IMG/VR virus record: IMGVR_UViG_3300012942_000541
Span: 1-35,483 of that record
DNA from: a virus
Lineage: Duplodnaviria > Caudoviricetes
Strand: one strand, 5' to 3'
DNA length: 35,483 bases
Made by a program: the position numbers and the translations under genes. The stretch's first letter is position 1, and each line of letters opens with the position of its first letter. Shown in pieces: positions 18,862 through 27,185 of this stretch. A model generated the notes under the pieces. The model was not told where the DNA came from. It did no database searches and saw nothing but the letters and a program-made list of their open reading frames with translations.

Positions 18862-21594
18862 ATGAACCCGCTTTTCTCCTCCTTCATCGATACGGTCAAT
18901 GACGCCGGGCTGACGAATCCTTATGGCCTTGCGGCCGTCGCGGCCACGGGGCAGGCGGAAAGCGGCTTTTCCCCTTACAACGCCAACCGCGTCTGGAATG
19001 ACGGGGCGAACGATGCGGGCGGCATCATGTCGTGGAACGGGCCGCGCCTGGCCGCGCTCCAGCGCTTTGCCGCTTCAAAGGGCGAAACGGGGAACGGTTC
19101 GCCGCAGACGCAGGCTGAATTCTTCGCGCAGGAAAATCCCGGCCTGATCGATAAGTTGCAGAGCGCGAAGAGCGTCGATCAGGCGCAATCGCTGATGAAC
19201 GATGCCTGGCGGTTCAAGGGCTACGACCAGCCTGGAAACAAGGACGCGGCGCATCGACTGGATCTGGCGCGGAACTTCGCGACCAGTTTCGCCAATGGTT
19301 CGACGCCCTCCGTCCCGACGCCTTCCGATCCTCCCGCCGACCAAGGAACGCAACCCATGGCGAAAAGCAGCGCTATCGCGAATCCGGTCCTTGATCCGAC
19401 CACTACGGCAGCGACCGCAAAGCCGTCATGGCTGCAATCCGATCAGTTCGGGAATATCCTGTCCGCCTTGGGCGCGAGCCTCCTGACTTCGCCCGGTACG
19501 GCTCCCCTCTCCGGTTTTCCCGCCGCGCTTGAGAGGCAGCAGAAGAACACCAATGCGCTTGCGGAACAGAGCGCGCTTGCACAGGCCTTGATCGAAGCGG
19601 GGATTCCTCCGGCCGAGGCCAAGCAACTCGCCATCAATCCCGTCGCCGCGAAAGTCGCGCTCGATACGCTGAAAACGAAACAGGCGAAGGCTCTCAATAC
19701 TGCATTCCTCGGCAAAATCGCCGGGCTGGACGCGCCGGACACGCTTGACGGGACCACGCCCGCAGCGGTTGCCGCTCCCGCCAAGCCCTCGGCTTCAAGC
19801 CTGTTGACGCCCCTCCCGATGCCGGGAACTGGAACGCCTTCGGCTTCTCCAGCGCCAACAATCTCCACGCCGCCGGCCGTATCCACGCCGCCGATCCAAG
19901 CAGCATCCCCGACCGGTCCGCGCCTCACGGCTCCCGTAATGCCCGTGCAGAAAGCGCCGCTGCCGCTGCTTCCGAGTGCGCCTCCTCAGGCCGCGCCGAT
20001 CAACGCGCTTCCCGGTGGCCCGTCGCAATCCCAAATCCAGAGCCGGATCGATTCCGCGTTCGCCGACACGCCTTCCGGCACGGACCCACGCTCGACGGCA
20101 TCGATCGCGCCGACGCTCCCGAACGCTCCCGCTCCGAATGCCGGTGCGACTGCTTCCAATCTCAATGCGCTGCTCTATCCTGGTCCCATGACGGATATGC
20201 CGGCTGCGGCTATGGCCGAAATACCGGGCGCGCCCATGCAGCCGAAGACCTCGCTTGCGCCACAAGCGTCCCCGCCAGTGCTTCCCGCCAGTCCGATGCG
20301 GACATCGGCCGTTCAATTGCCGAAGCCTCTCCCAGCGCTTCCCATGACCGGCGATACGGCATCTGGTGCTTCTTCGGGGGCTGTCCCTGCCGCTCCTGTT
20401 CAGGCGCCGCAGCCCACGGGCAACAAGACCTTCGATTATTATGCGAAGCGCGGTCAGAAGATTGCGCAGGCTTTGATGGCCGCGCCGTCGAAAGAGGCGC
20501 TGGACGCCGGCAAGGTTCTGCTTAGCCAGAACAACGCCATGATGGAGCGTTTCGCGCCGACCGCGACAATGAAAGAGTACAATGCAGCCGTAAGTCAGGG
20601 CTATCAGGGTTCGCTTCAGGATTGGATTCTGATGGGGAAGGATTCCACTTATCGCACACTTGGCCCCGATGAAGTGCAGAAGTTGGGATTGCCGCCAGGC
20701 TCGTATCAACAGCAGCCGAATGGCCGCATTACGAAGATCGGCAACGGCATCAATATTTCGATCGGCGGCACGCCAGTGGATGATCTCCCGACCGTTCCTC
20801 TGGATCAGAATGGTGTCCCGGACAAAGCCGCGCAGGCGGCGTTTCTCGCAAAACTTCCATCCTCGACCGCCGCGCTGGTGAAAGGCATCGCCTCCTATCA
20901 ACTGCCGATCGACAAAGTGACATCCTTGCGCGGAAACGAGCGCCAGCAGCTCGCGCAGGTTATGGCGCAATACGATCCGACATTCGATATGAGCCAATAT
21001 CCCGTTCGGCTAAAGATGCGCCAATCAATCACGTCGGGGCCGTATTCGCAGGCCTTGAATTCGGCCAATCTCGTGATCCAGCATCTGGACGCGGTGCAGT
21101 CCGCCGCCGACAGCCTTGGAAATACCAATTATCCGCTCCTGAATCGCGGCGAAAATTTCATCAAATATGAAACCGGCAACCCAGCCATTTCCCGGTTCAA
21201 TACGGCGGCCGATGCGGCTGCTTCTGAGCTAGCGAAGGTCTTTAAAGGTTCGGGCGCTCCGGCCGAACAGGAAATCAAGGATTGGCGCAACAATCTCAGC
21301 ATCAATTCCTCGCCAGACCAGATCAAGGCGTCGATCGGAACGGCGATCGGGCAACTGCTCAAATCTCGTATCGATACGATCCGGCAGCAATATCAGGCCG
21401 CGATGGGCAAGCCGGCGAATTTCTCATTTCTCAGCGCCCATTCGGCGAATGTATTGCAGGATCTTGGTATTGATCCGACGACGATCGATCCGAATGCCGG
21501 GATCAATGCTGTCGGCGGCGCTCCCGAAGCGCCGTCAAGAACGTCCTCGTCTCCGGTTATCATAAACGGATATCGCATCGAAAAGGTGCAATAG
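18862..21594 (+). CDS. Ejection protein with N-terminal lysozyme-like domain and long Pro/Ala linker
   Basis: QAESGFSP..AGGIMSWNGPRLAALQRFA..QTQAEF (phage tail lysozyme type). Confidence 0.75.
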   Translation: MNPLFSSFIDTVNDAGLTNPYGLAAVAATGQAESGFSPYNANRVWNDGANDAGGIMSWNGPRLAALQRFAASKGETGNGSPQTQAEFFAQENPGLIDKLQSAKSVDQAQSLMNDAWRFKGYDQPGNKDAAHRLDLARNFATSFANGSTPSVPTPSDPPADQGTQPMAKSSAIANPVLDPTTTAATAKPSWLQSDQFGNILSALGASLLTSPGTAPLSGFPAALERQQKNTNALAEQSALAQALIEAGIPPAEAKQLAINPVAAKVALDTLKTKQAKALNTAFLGKIAGLDAPDTLDGTTPAAVAAPAKPSASSLLTPLPMPGTGTPSASPAPTISTPPAVSTPPIQAASPTGPRLTAPVMPVQKAPLPLLPSAPPQAAPINALPGGPSQSQIQSRIDSAFADTPSGTDPRSTASIAPTLPNAPAPNAGATASNLNALLYPGPMTDMPAAAMAEIPGAPMQPKTSLAPQASPPVLPASPMRTSAVQLPKPLPALPMTGDTASGASSGAVPAAPVQAPQPTGNKTFDYYAKRGQKIAQALMAAPSKEALDAGKVLLSQNNAMMERFAPTATMKEYNAAVSQGYQGSLQDWILMGKDSTYRTLGPDEVQKLGLPPGSYQQQPNGRITKIGNGINISIGGTPVDDLPTVPLDQNGVPDKAAQAAFLAKLPSSTAALVKGIASYQLPIDKVTSLRGNERQQLAQVMAQYDPTFDMSQYPVRLKMRQSITSGPYSQALNSANLVIQHLDAVQSAADSLGNTNYPLLNRGENFIKYETGNPAISRFNTAADAAASELAKVFKGSGAPAEQEIKDWRNNLSINSSPDQIKASIGTAIGQLLKSRIDTIRQQYQAAMGKPANFSFLSAHSANVLQDLGIDPTTIDPNAGINAVGGAPEAPSRTSSSPVIINGYRIEKVQ

Positions 21595-23589
21595 ATGCCC
21601 CAATTTTTGATCACCGGCCCGGACGGCTCGCAATATCGCGTTTCAGGAGATAATGAGCAGGGAGCGCTTCAGGCGCTTCAGGCGCATTTGGGGACCGATC
21701 CGGCAACCAACCAACCTCCGGGCGTGCCCGCCTATTCGCCGCCTGGTGTGCAAGGCTATGATCCGGAAACCGGTGAAGTCACACCGCAATATGGTCGCGC
21801 CGGCTCGGCCGCGATGGGCGCGGCGGATACCGCAACGCTCGGCTTCGGCGACGAGGTGGCTTCCTATCTCGGAAGCCTCTTGACCGGAGAACCGCGCGAT
21901 CAGGTTCTTTCGGAAATGAGGCAAGATGCCAACGCCGCACAGAAGCAGAATCCCGGATCGTATCTCGCCGGGCAGGCGGCGGGTGCTTTGGCCGGCGGTG
22001 CTGGTCTGGCGAAATCCGGACTTTCCCTCAGCGCGAACGCCATTAGGAGCGGCGCGGGATTGGGCAGGACAGCTCTTGCATCCGGCATAGAAGGCGCGGC
22101 TCTCGGCGCGGCACATGGGTTCGGTAGCGGGGAGGGAGTTGATAATCGCATTGCAAATGCAGGTTTAGGCATCGGAGTTGGCGGCATCCTCGGCGCGGGA
22201 GCGCCGTTAGCTATTGCCGGGGCATCGGCGGCTGGAAACGCGATTGCGGCTCCATTGCTGGCACGCCTCCATCCTGAAGACTACGCCGCTCAGGCTTTCG
22301 CCGCTGGGATCAAGCGGTCGGGAATTGCGCCAGACGATATTCCGGCGATCTTGAGCAGAGCGACCAATGACGGACAGGACATGTTCAATGTCGCTGACGC
22401 TTTGGGCCACTCTGGACAGCGAATGCTTTCGACAATAGCCCGCAATCCGAACGATATGCGGCAGACGGTTGCCGATACCCTAACGGATCGTCAGATGGGG
22501 CAGGGAGAACGGCTTTCCAATTTCCTTGCTGAAGGTTTCGGAGCGCCTGACACGGCGGCTCAACGCGCTGCGACGCTTCGAGGCCAGAGGGGGGCGCAAG
22601 CCGCGACCAATTATGATGCAGCAAGAAGCGCCGCCGGCCCTGTCAATCTGACCGATACGATCGGCAAGATAGACGCGCTGCTTGGTCGCGATCCGATTAT
22701 GGGCGATACGGCCTTGAGCGCCGGCCCGCTCGGGCAGCGGCTTATGGCGCTTCGCAACCAACTCCAGAGCGGCGGAGAGCAACTTGTCGATTTCAATCGC
22801 GTTTTGAACATCAAGGGCGATCTTTACAACGCGATGAAGGACAATCCGCGCGTGGCGAACGAAATGCGCCCGGTTTACAATGCTCTGGATCAGGCCTTGG
22901 AGAATGCCTCCGATGCTTATCGCAACGCAAACGACAGCTATCGCGCGGCCTCGCAAGTCATGGATGCCGTGGATCGTGGTACGGGGGCGGCAAGCGGAAG
23001 GACGCGCGCGTCAGACAATATCGCGATGTTCAACAGCCTCACCCCCGATGAGCAGAACGCGTTCCGCGCAGGCTACGTCGATCCTCTCATTGCTAGAACC
23101 GAGAATGCAGCAGTGTCGCCGTCCACGAACAAGGCGCGCGGCCTGATGACGACGAAAACAGGGCAGGAATTCCCCGTTTTTGCCGCTCCAGGACAGGCCG
23201 ATCAACTCGGCAACAGGATTGCGCGAGAACAACGCATGTTCGAAACTGCCAATGCGGCGCTTGGCGGCTCGAAAACAGCCGATAATCTCGCCGACGCGGC
23301 GGAAATGTCGAAATTCGATCCTGGCGTGATGGTAAACCTCTTTCGCGGCCGGCCGCTCCAGGCGGCAATTGATTCCGTGGTGAAACTGGCGAACGAAGCG
23401 AAAGGCATGCCGCCATCCGTCATGGATCAGCTTGCGAAGACTCTTCTGGAAACCAATCCCGATGCCGCGCGCGCGATGATCGGCAAGGCAAGCGGACAGG
23501 CGGCGCGCGCCGATGGGCGACGGGCGCTCGCGAACGCCATTTTGATCAACATGGGATCGTCAGCGGCGGGGCGTCTTGCCGCGCCATGA
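21595..23589 (+). CDS. Ejection (DNA transfer) protein 3
   Basis: ITGPDGSQYRV start, ADTATLGFGDE, Gly/Ala hydrophobic segments, GGSKTADN. Confidence 0.75.
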   Translation: MPQFLITGPDGSQYRVSGDNEQGALQALQAHLGTDPATNQPPGVPAYSPPGVQGYDPETGEVTPQYGRAGSAAMGAADTATLGFGDEVASYLGSLLTGEPRDQVLSEMRQDANAAQKQNPGSYLAGQAAGALAGGAGLAKSGLSLSANAIRSGAGLGRTALASGIEGAALGAAHGFGSGEGVDNRIANAGLGIGVGGILGAGAPLAIAGASAAGNAIAAPLLARLHPEDYAAQAFAAGIKRSGIAPDDIPAILSRATNDGQDMFNVADALGHSGQRMLSTIARNPNDMRQTVADTLTDRQMGQGERLSNFLAEGFGAPDTAAQRAATLRGQRGAQAATNYDAARSAAGPVNLTDTIGKIDALLGRDPIMGDTALSAGPLGQRLMALRNQLQSGGEQLVDFNRVLNIKGDLYNAMKDNPRVANEMRPVYNALDQALENASDAYRNANDSYRAASQVMDAVDRGTGAASGRTRASDNIAMFNSLTPDEQNAFRAGYVDPLIARTENAAVSPSTNKARGLMTTKTGQEFPVFAAPGQADQLGNRIAREQRMFETANAALGGSKTADNLADAAEMSKFDPGVMVNLFRGRPLQAAIDSVVKLANEAKGMPPSVMDQLAKTLLETNPDAARAMIGKASGQAARADGRRALANAILINMGSSAAGRLAAP

Positions 23590-23802
23590 ATCGGGAACCT
23601 TGTTTCCGGTGATCTCTATCGCCCAAACGGCGAGGACGATCCCGGTGAAGCCGCCTAATGCGAGCCACCGCCAAGAGACTGGATCGGAATAGAGATTGAG
23701 TATCCATCCAAGGGCGACCATTCCCCACGCGGCCCACCAGATCCCGTTGCCGGGGCGCTTCTCGTGAGGATTGTGATCGATGGATGGCTGACGAGATTTC
23801 AT
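23560..23802 (-). CDS. Small two-TM membrane protein
   Basis: Two hydrophobic segments; ATGA coupled to the upstream gene. Confidence 0.65.
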   Translation of the reverse strand: MKSRQPSIDHNPHEKRPGNGIWWAAWGMVALGWILNLYSDPVSWRWLALGGFTGIVLAVWAIEITGNKVPDSWRGKTPRR

Positions 23803-24260
23803 TTCGAATATTTAATCCATGAAGGGATTGCCGACCAAATCACAGAGTCAAGAGGCACGTTCTTAAGTCCCGCATATCCTAAATCATATTGGGAAAGTGC
23901 CCAACACGCCACGTAGAGGGCATCCGGCTTGAGAATACGGTCACTAATCCTGTAAGAAGAATATATATCAGAACTGAAGCCCGGCCGCTTCGCCACCAAG
24001 GTAAACGAGATCGAGTCGATGGATTTTGACGTTCCATTATGGATCGAAATTTCAATCGGATATGCAGTCTGACATCTATCGGAAAACCTGGCAGACATTT
24101 CAATTTTAGAAAGCAAGTGTTGGGCGGCTTCCGCCTGCATGTAGTAGTATCCCCATACCAACATGCCGATAGCTGCGAGAATGGCTATCAGACCACCCAT
24201 TTGGCGAGGGAAGGCAAATAATAAAAGCAGGAATACTCCTATGCCAATCGCCCACACCAT
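23799..24260 (-). CDS. Membrane-anchored periplasmic protein (superinfection-exclusion candidate)
   Basis: Two N-terminal TM segments plus a beta domain with two Cys; visibly lower GC. Confidence 0.7.
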   Translation of the reverse strand: MVWAIGIGVFLLLLFAFPRQMGGLIAILAAIGMLVWGYYYMQAEAAQHLLSKIEMSARFSDRCQTAYPIEISIHNGTSKSIDSISFTLVAKRPGFSSDIYSSYRISDRILKPDALYVACWALSQYDLGYAGLKNVPLDSVIWSAIPSWIKYSK

Positions 24261-24261
24261 C

Positions 24262-24618
24262 TCAATAGCACGTCGTGTTCATCACCATGCCGGCCGGCAT
24301 CGATGTGCATCTTAACGGCATACGCACCGGAGCGGGAGCGGGTTGGTTCATCATCTGCGCTCCGAGCAATCGCATTTCCTGGCCATATGCTGCGGATCGC
24401 GCTTCATCCGCCAATTCCTGCTGCTGATGGCCTGATTTCAGCGTGACGCGGCAATTGATATAGGCGTTCGAACCGGGCTTTGCGGATAGAGATCGGCAAT
24501 AGGTGTCGTCGGAAGCGGCTTCTTTCTTGTGGCGTGCCGCCAGGGCTTCTTTGTTTGTGACGCAACCTGCCAACCCGACAAGCGGCAACAGCGCCACCGC
24601 GCAAATGTAAAATCTCAT
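24262..24618 (-). CDS. Lipoprotein
   Basis: Signal peptide with lipobox LAGC; GGAGG RBS. Confidence 0.8.
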   Translation of the reverse strand: MRFYICAVALLPLVGLAGCVTNKEALAARHKKEAASDDTYCRSLSAKPGSNAYINCRVTLKSGHQQQELADEARSAAYGQEMRLLGAQMMNQPAPAPVRMPLRCTSMPAGMVMNTTCY

Positions 24619-24686
24619 GATCTCCCTCCGCCAAGAGGGAAGATAGTCGATCTAGCGGGAAATTGCGAGGGGTTACAACCGGGCGG

Positions 24687-24827
24687 CTATTCGCCGGGGT
24701 GAGCGTGACGAACGTGTTTCTGATCGAACCGTTCCGTCTCGCGCTGAGAAATGCGCATGGCGGCATATCCGATGACGAGAGCGCCAATCGGGAAGGTGAG
24801 GAAGGCCAGCAACTCGGTCCAAGTCAT
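24687..24827 (-). CDS. Small single-TM protein
   Basis: MTWTELLAFLTFPIGALVIGYAAM; ATGA overlap at 24824-24827. Confidence 0.65.
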   Translation of the reverse strand: MTWTELLAFLTFPIGALVIGYAAMRISQRETERFDQKHVRHAHPGE

Positions 24828-25057
24828 TGCCGCAACCCTTTCAAGGATCGTCTTGCCCAATAATGTAGCGCGAGCGCCGCAAGAATACAAACCAAGGTGC
24901 CAATAACGAGAGGCAGACCCACGGACTTGCCCCCGTAAAGCGCTGAAATCATGGGAGCAAAACCACCTACTGCCAGAACGGCAACGGCGATGCTATTGAG
25001 CCAGGACGCCGTGAGCTTCACGCGCTCATTGTGGACAGTCGTTACTAGGTCGTTCAT
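24824..25057 (-). CDS. Small two-TM protein
   Basis: HNERVKLTASWLNSIAVA motif; two hydrophobic helices; coupled to the repressor stop. Confidence 0.7.
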   Translation of the reverse strand: MNDLVTTVHNERVKLTASWLNSIAVAVLAVGGFAPMISALYGGKSVGLPLVIGTLVCILAALALHYWARRSLKGLRQ

Positions 25058-25266
25058 TCGTCGGTCTTCATAAGCCTGAACGTGGCCTCAACCATCGCCC
25101 GAATAGCTTCCGGACGCGTCGGTATAGGCCGCTGCTTGGATCGCCATTCGTCCAGCTTGGAAAGAAGGTCGGGCTGGAGACGCACGCCGATCAGCGTTCC
25201 CTTACCTGTAGCAGGAGGGCCGGGCTTTTTGCGAGATTGTGTTAACACGGTTGTTGACTTCGCCAT
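25054..25266 (-). CDS. Ribbon-helix-helix (Arc/Mnt/CopG-like) repressor
   Basis: GPPATGKGTLIGVRLQPDLLSKLDEW...TRPEAIRAMVE. Confidence 0.8.
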   Translation of the reverse strand: MAKSTTVLTQSRKKPGPPATGKGTLIGVRLQPDLLSKLDEWRSKQRPIPTRPEAIRAMVEATFRLMKTDE

Positions 25267-25284
25267 AAGAACTGTGTTAGCACA
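25238..25284 (+). promoter_or_regulatory. Rightward promoter with two palindromic operators
   Basis: TGTGTTAACACG (25238-25249) and TGTGTTAGCACA (25273-25284) flank TTGACT (25254-25259); the second overlaps the -10 position. Confidence 0.75.
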
Positions 25285-25358
25285 ATTAAGTCGGGCCGGA
25301 AAGGTGTCTCACCACCGATCCAGCCCTAACCGAAACCCTGATCGCGGAGGATCAAGGA

Positions 25359-25601
25359 ATGGCTGCCCGCAGCAATACCACGGCGCGTGTCTCGCGCTCA
25401 ACTCAATCAAAACAGGATGAAGTCATCGCCGGTCTGATGACCGACGCGAAGGGCAAAGCGAGGACCCTTCGCGTACTATCGAAAGTCCTTGCCGAGACCA
25501 TGGAGGAAATCCATGGCGGCAAATGGGTGACAAACATCGATCACGAACATCGCATGATCATGATCCTTGAGCATCCCCGCAGCTACGCGCAGAGCGTCTG
25601 A
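25359..25601 (+). CDS. Hypothetical protein, first gene of the rightward operon
   Basis: LAETMEEIHGGKWVTNIDHE; RBS upstream. Confidence 0.7.
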   Translation: MAARSNTTARVSRSTQSKQDEVIAGLMTDAKGKARTLRVLSKVLAETMEEIHGGKWVTNIDHEHRMIMILEHPRSYAQSV

Positions 25602-25734
25602 ACATCTCAACAACTGAATTCCCCGCTGCCATGGGGAAGAATGCAAACGACGAGCTTCATCGGCTCCGGCGTTTGTGAAAACGAACCCCTGTGCATTCCG
25701 GGCTTGGCAGGCCGGATGCCGATGGAGACAAGAC

Positions 25735-26412
25735 ATGGCACTCGCCAAGAAAGACATTGGAATCGAATTACCGAAACTGGACATTCGGCTGATGGAAGTG
25801 ACGGTGATCGGAGATAGCCCGCTGATCGTCCACGCATGGAGCCAAAAGGCCAAGATGGAAATGCTGGGCAAGCAGATGAAACAGGCGAAGGGAGCCAAGG
25901 AGGCCAAGGACCCTCGCGCGGATTTCGAGGCTTCCTTGTATCGTCTCAGCGACGGCTACGGGTTCCCGAGCGTCGGCTTCAAGAATGCTGCGGTAACAGC
26001 GTGCACATCCGTTGCCGGCATTACCAAGATCGCCGCGCGGCAAGCATTTCATATCCTCGGAGAGGATGTGGACGTGCAGGGCGCTTTCGAAGGAACGAAG
26101 GCCCGAAACAATCTCGTTCGCATCGAAGGCGGTGAACCAGCGATGCGCGAAGACATGGTGCGCGTTGGCATGGGAACGGCCGATCTTCGTTATCGCGGCG
26201 AATTTGCCGATTGGTATGCTCGACTGCTCGTTCGCTACAACGGGAATGTCCTGTCGGAAAGCCAGATCCTGAACATCCTGAACGTCGCCGGCTTCGCTGT
26301 TGGCGTCGGGGAATGGAGGCCAGAAAAAGACGGCATGTCCGGAATGTTCCATGTCGCTACGGAAGCCGATCTTGCCAAGCTGGAGGCCGCTCCCGAGCGG
26401 ACAGCAGCATGA
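25735..26412 (+). CDS. Stand-alone Cas7/RAMP-like protein
   Basis: RAMP-ordered motifs EVTVIGDSPLIVH, YGFPSVGFKNA and Gly-rich loop GVGEWRPEKDGMSGMF; ATG 25735 after GGAG. Confidence 0.7.
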   Translation: MALAKKDIGIELPKLDIRLMEVTVIGDSPLIVHAWSQKAKMEMLGKQMKQAKGAKEAKDPRADFEASLYRLSDGYGFPSVGFKNAAVTACTSVAGITKIAARQAFHILGEDVDVQGAFEGTKARNNLVRIEGGEPAMREDMVRVGMGTADLRYRGEFADWYARLLVRYNGNVLSESQILNILNVAGFAVGVGEWRPEKDGMSGMFHVATEADLAKLEAAPERTAA

Positions 26413-26936
26413 AGATCGCCGGTTTCGAATTCGGCGAAGGCACCCGGTTTCAAGCTGGCGCCCCGACTGATGCAAAGGCCGCAAAGCGCGTCGGTGAGCA
26501 TATCGAGCTGCTTCGGAAGCAATCCAGAGGCGAACTTACGCCGGAAGATATTCTGGCCGACGCCAAGAACGACAATTCGCCGTTGCACGATTACTTCGAA
26601 TGGTCGGACACGGCAGCTGCTCACCAATTCCGGCTCCAGCAGGCGAGGGGGCTAATCCGCGCAGTTGTCGCGATTTACGTGGATGAAAATAAGGAGAAGC
26701 CGGCGATTCGGACGCGAGCCTATGTCCATGTTCCAGAAGCTACGGCCCCTCACTATCGGGAAATGACGCACGCCATGTCGCAGACGAAAACGCGGCAGCT
26801 GATCCTACAGCAAGCGTGGCGCGATCTCCGGGCGTGGCGCGTTCGCTACCAGCATCTGAAAGAGTTCGCGGACCTGATCAAGGTTATGGATGAAGTCGAA
26901 GCATCCTTGCCGTCGCCCGCGAAGTCGGTAAATTGA
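26409..26936 (+). CDS. Helical partner protein of the RAMP-like gene
   Basis: ATGA overlap at 26409-26412; LTPEDILADAKNDNSPLHDYFEWSDTAAAHQFRLQQARGLI. Confidence 0.75.
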   Translation: MKIAGFEFGEGTRFQAGAPTDAKAAKRVGEHIELLRKQSRGELTPEDILADAKNDNSPLHDYFEWSDTAAAHQFRLQQARGLIRAVVAIYVDENKEKPAIRTRAYVHVPEATAPHYREMTHAMSQTKTRQLILQQAWRDLRAWRVRYQHLKEFADLIKVMDEVEASLPSPAKSVN

Positions 26937-26992
26937 GCGTACCGGTTATGGCGAGAGTTCCGGATCCAACCTCGCGCCCGAAAGGGTTTCAC

Positions 26993-27177
26993 GGCAGGCT
27001 AGTTATGGCAACGCCCGGCAGGCATGGCATGGCGGGTCCACGCATGGCGTGCCACGGTGTGGTAAGTCTTGGCAGGCGAGGCGCGTCCAGCCCATGCAAG
27101 TTATGGCTAGGCACGTTGTGGCAGGCTAGGCAACGCCAGCCGAGGCCAGTCAACGTGAGTCATGTCGCGTTCTGGCA
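26993..27177 (+). repeat. Array of 33 (GGY-like)NN pentamers in 4 units delimited by GGCA
   Basis: GGCA at 26993, 27017, 27071, 27120, 27174 separating 4, 10, 9 and 10 pentamers; position 3 is a pyrimidine in all 33. Confidence 0.92.
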
Positions 27178-27185
27178 ACACTGAG

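Noticed and set aside
19700-20420. Pro/Ala-rich stretch as a nucleotide repeat element
   Set aside because: Low-complexity protein linker with only short local duplications (TCCACGCCGCCG twice)
2431-20997. Long antisense ORFs (e.g. 2431-3792, 5021-6025, 9049-10185, 19795-20997)
   Set aside because: Shadow frames of GC-rich coding genes with no motifs
26211-26408. Long N-terminal extension of the partner gene in the ORF track
   Set aside because: Overlaps the RAMP-like gene; the ATGA-coupled start at 26409 is more plausible
26993-27177. Canonical CRISPR array
   Set aside because: No 23-50 bp direct repeats with unique spacers; no cas1/cas2
26933-27184. 83-aa ORF over the pentamer array
   Set aside because: TTG start without RBS, G/R/A/W-biased translation, and 5-nt periodicity that does not fit codon structure; better explained as non-coding
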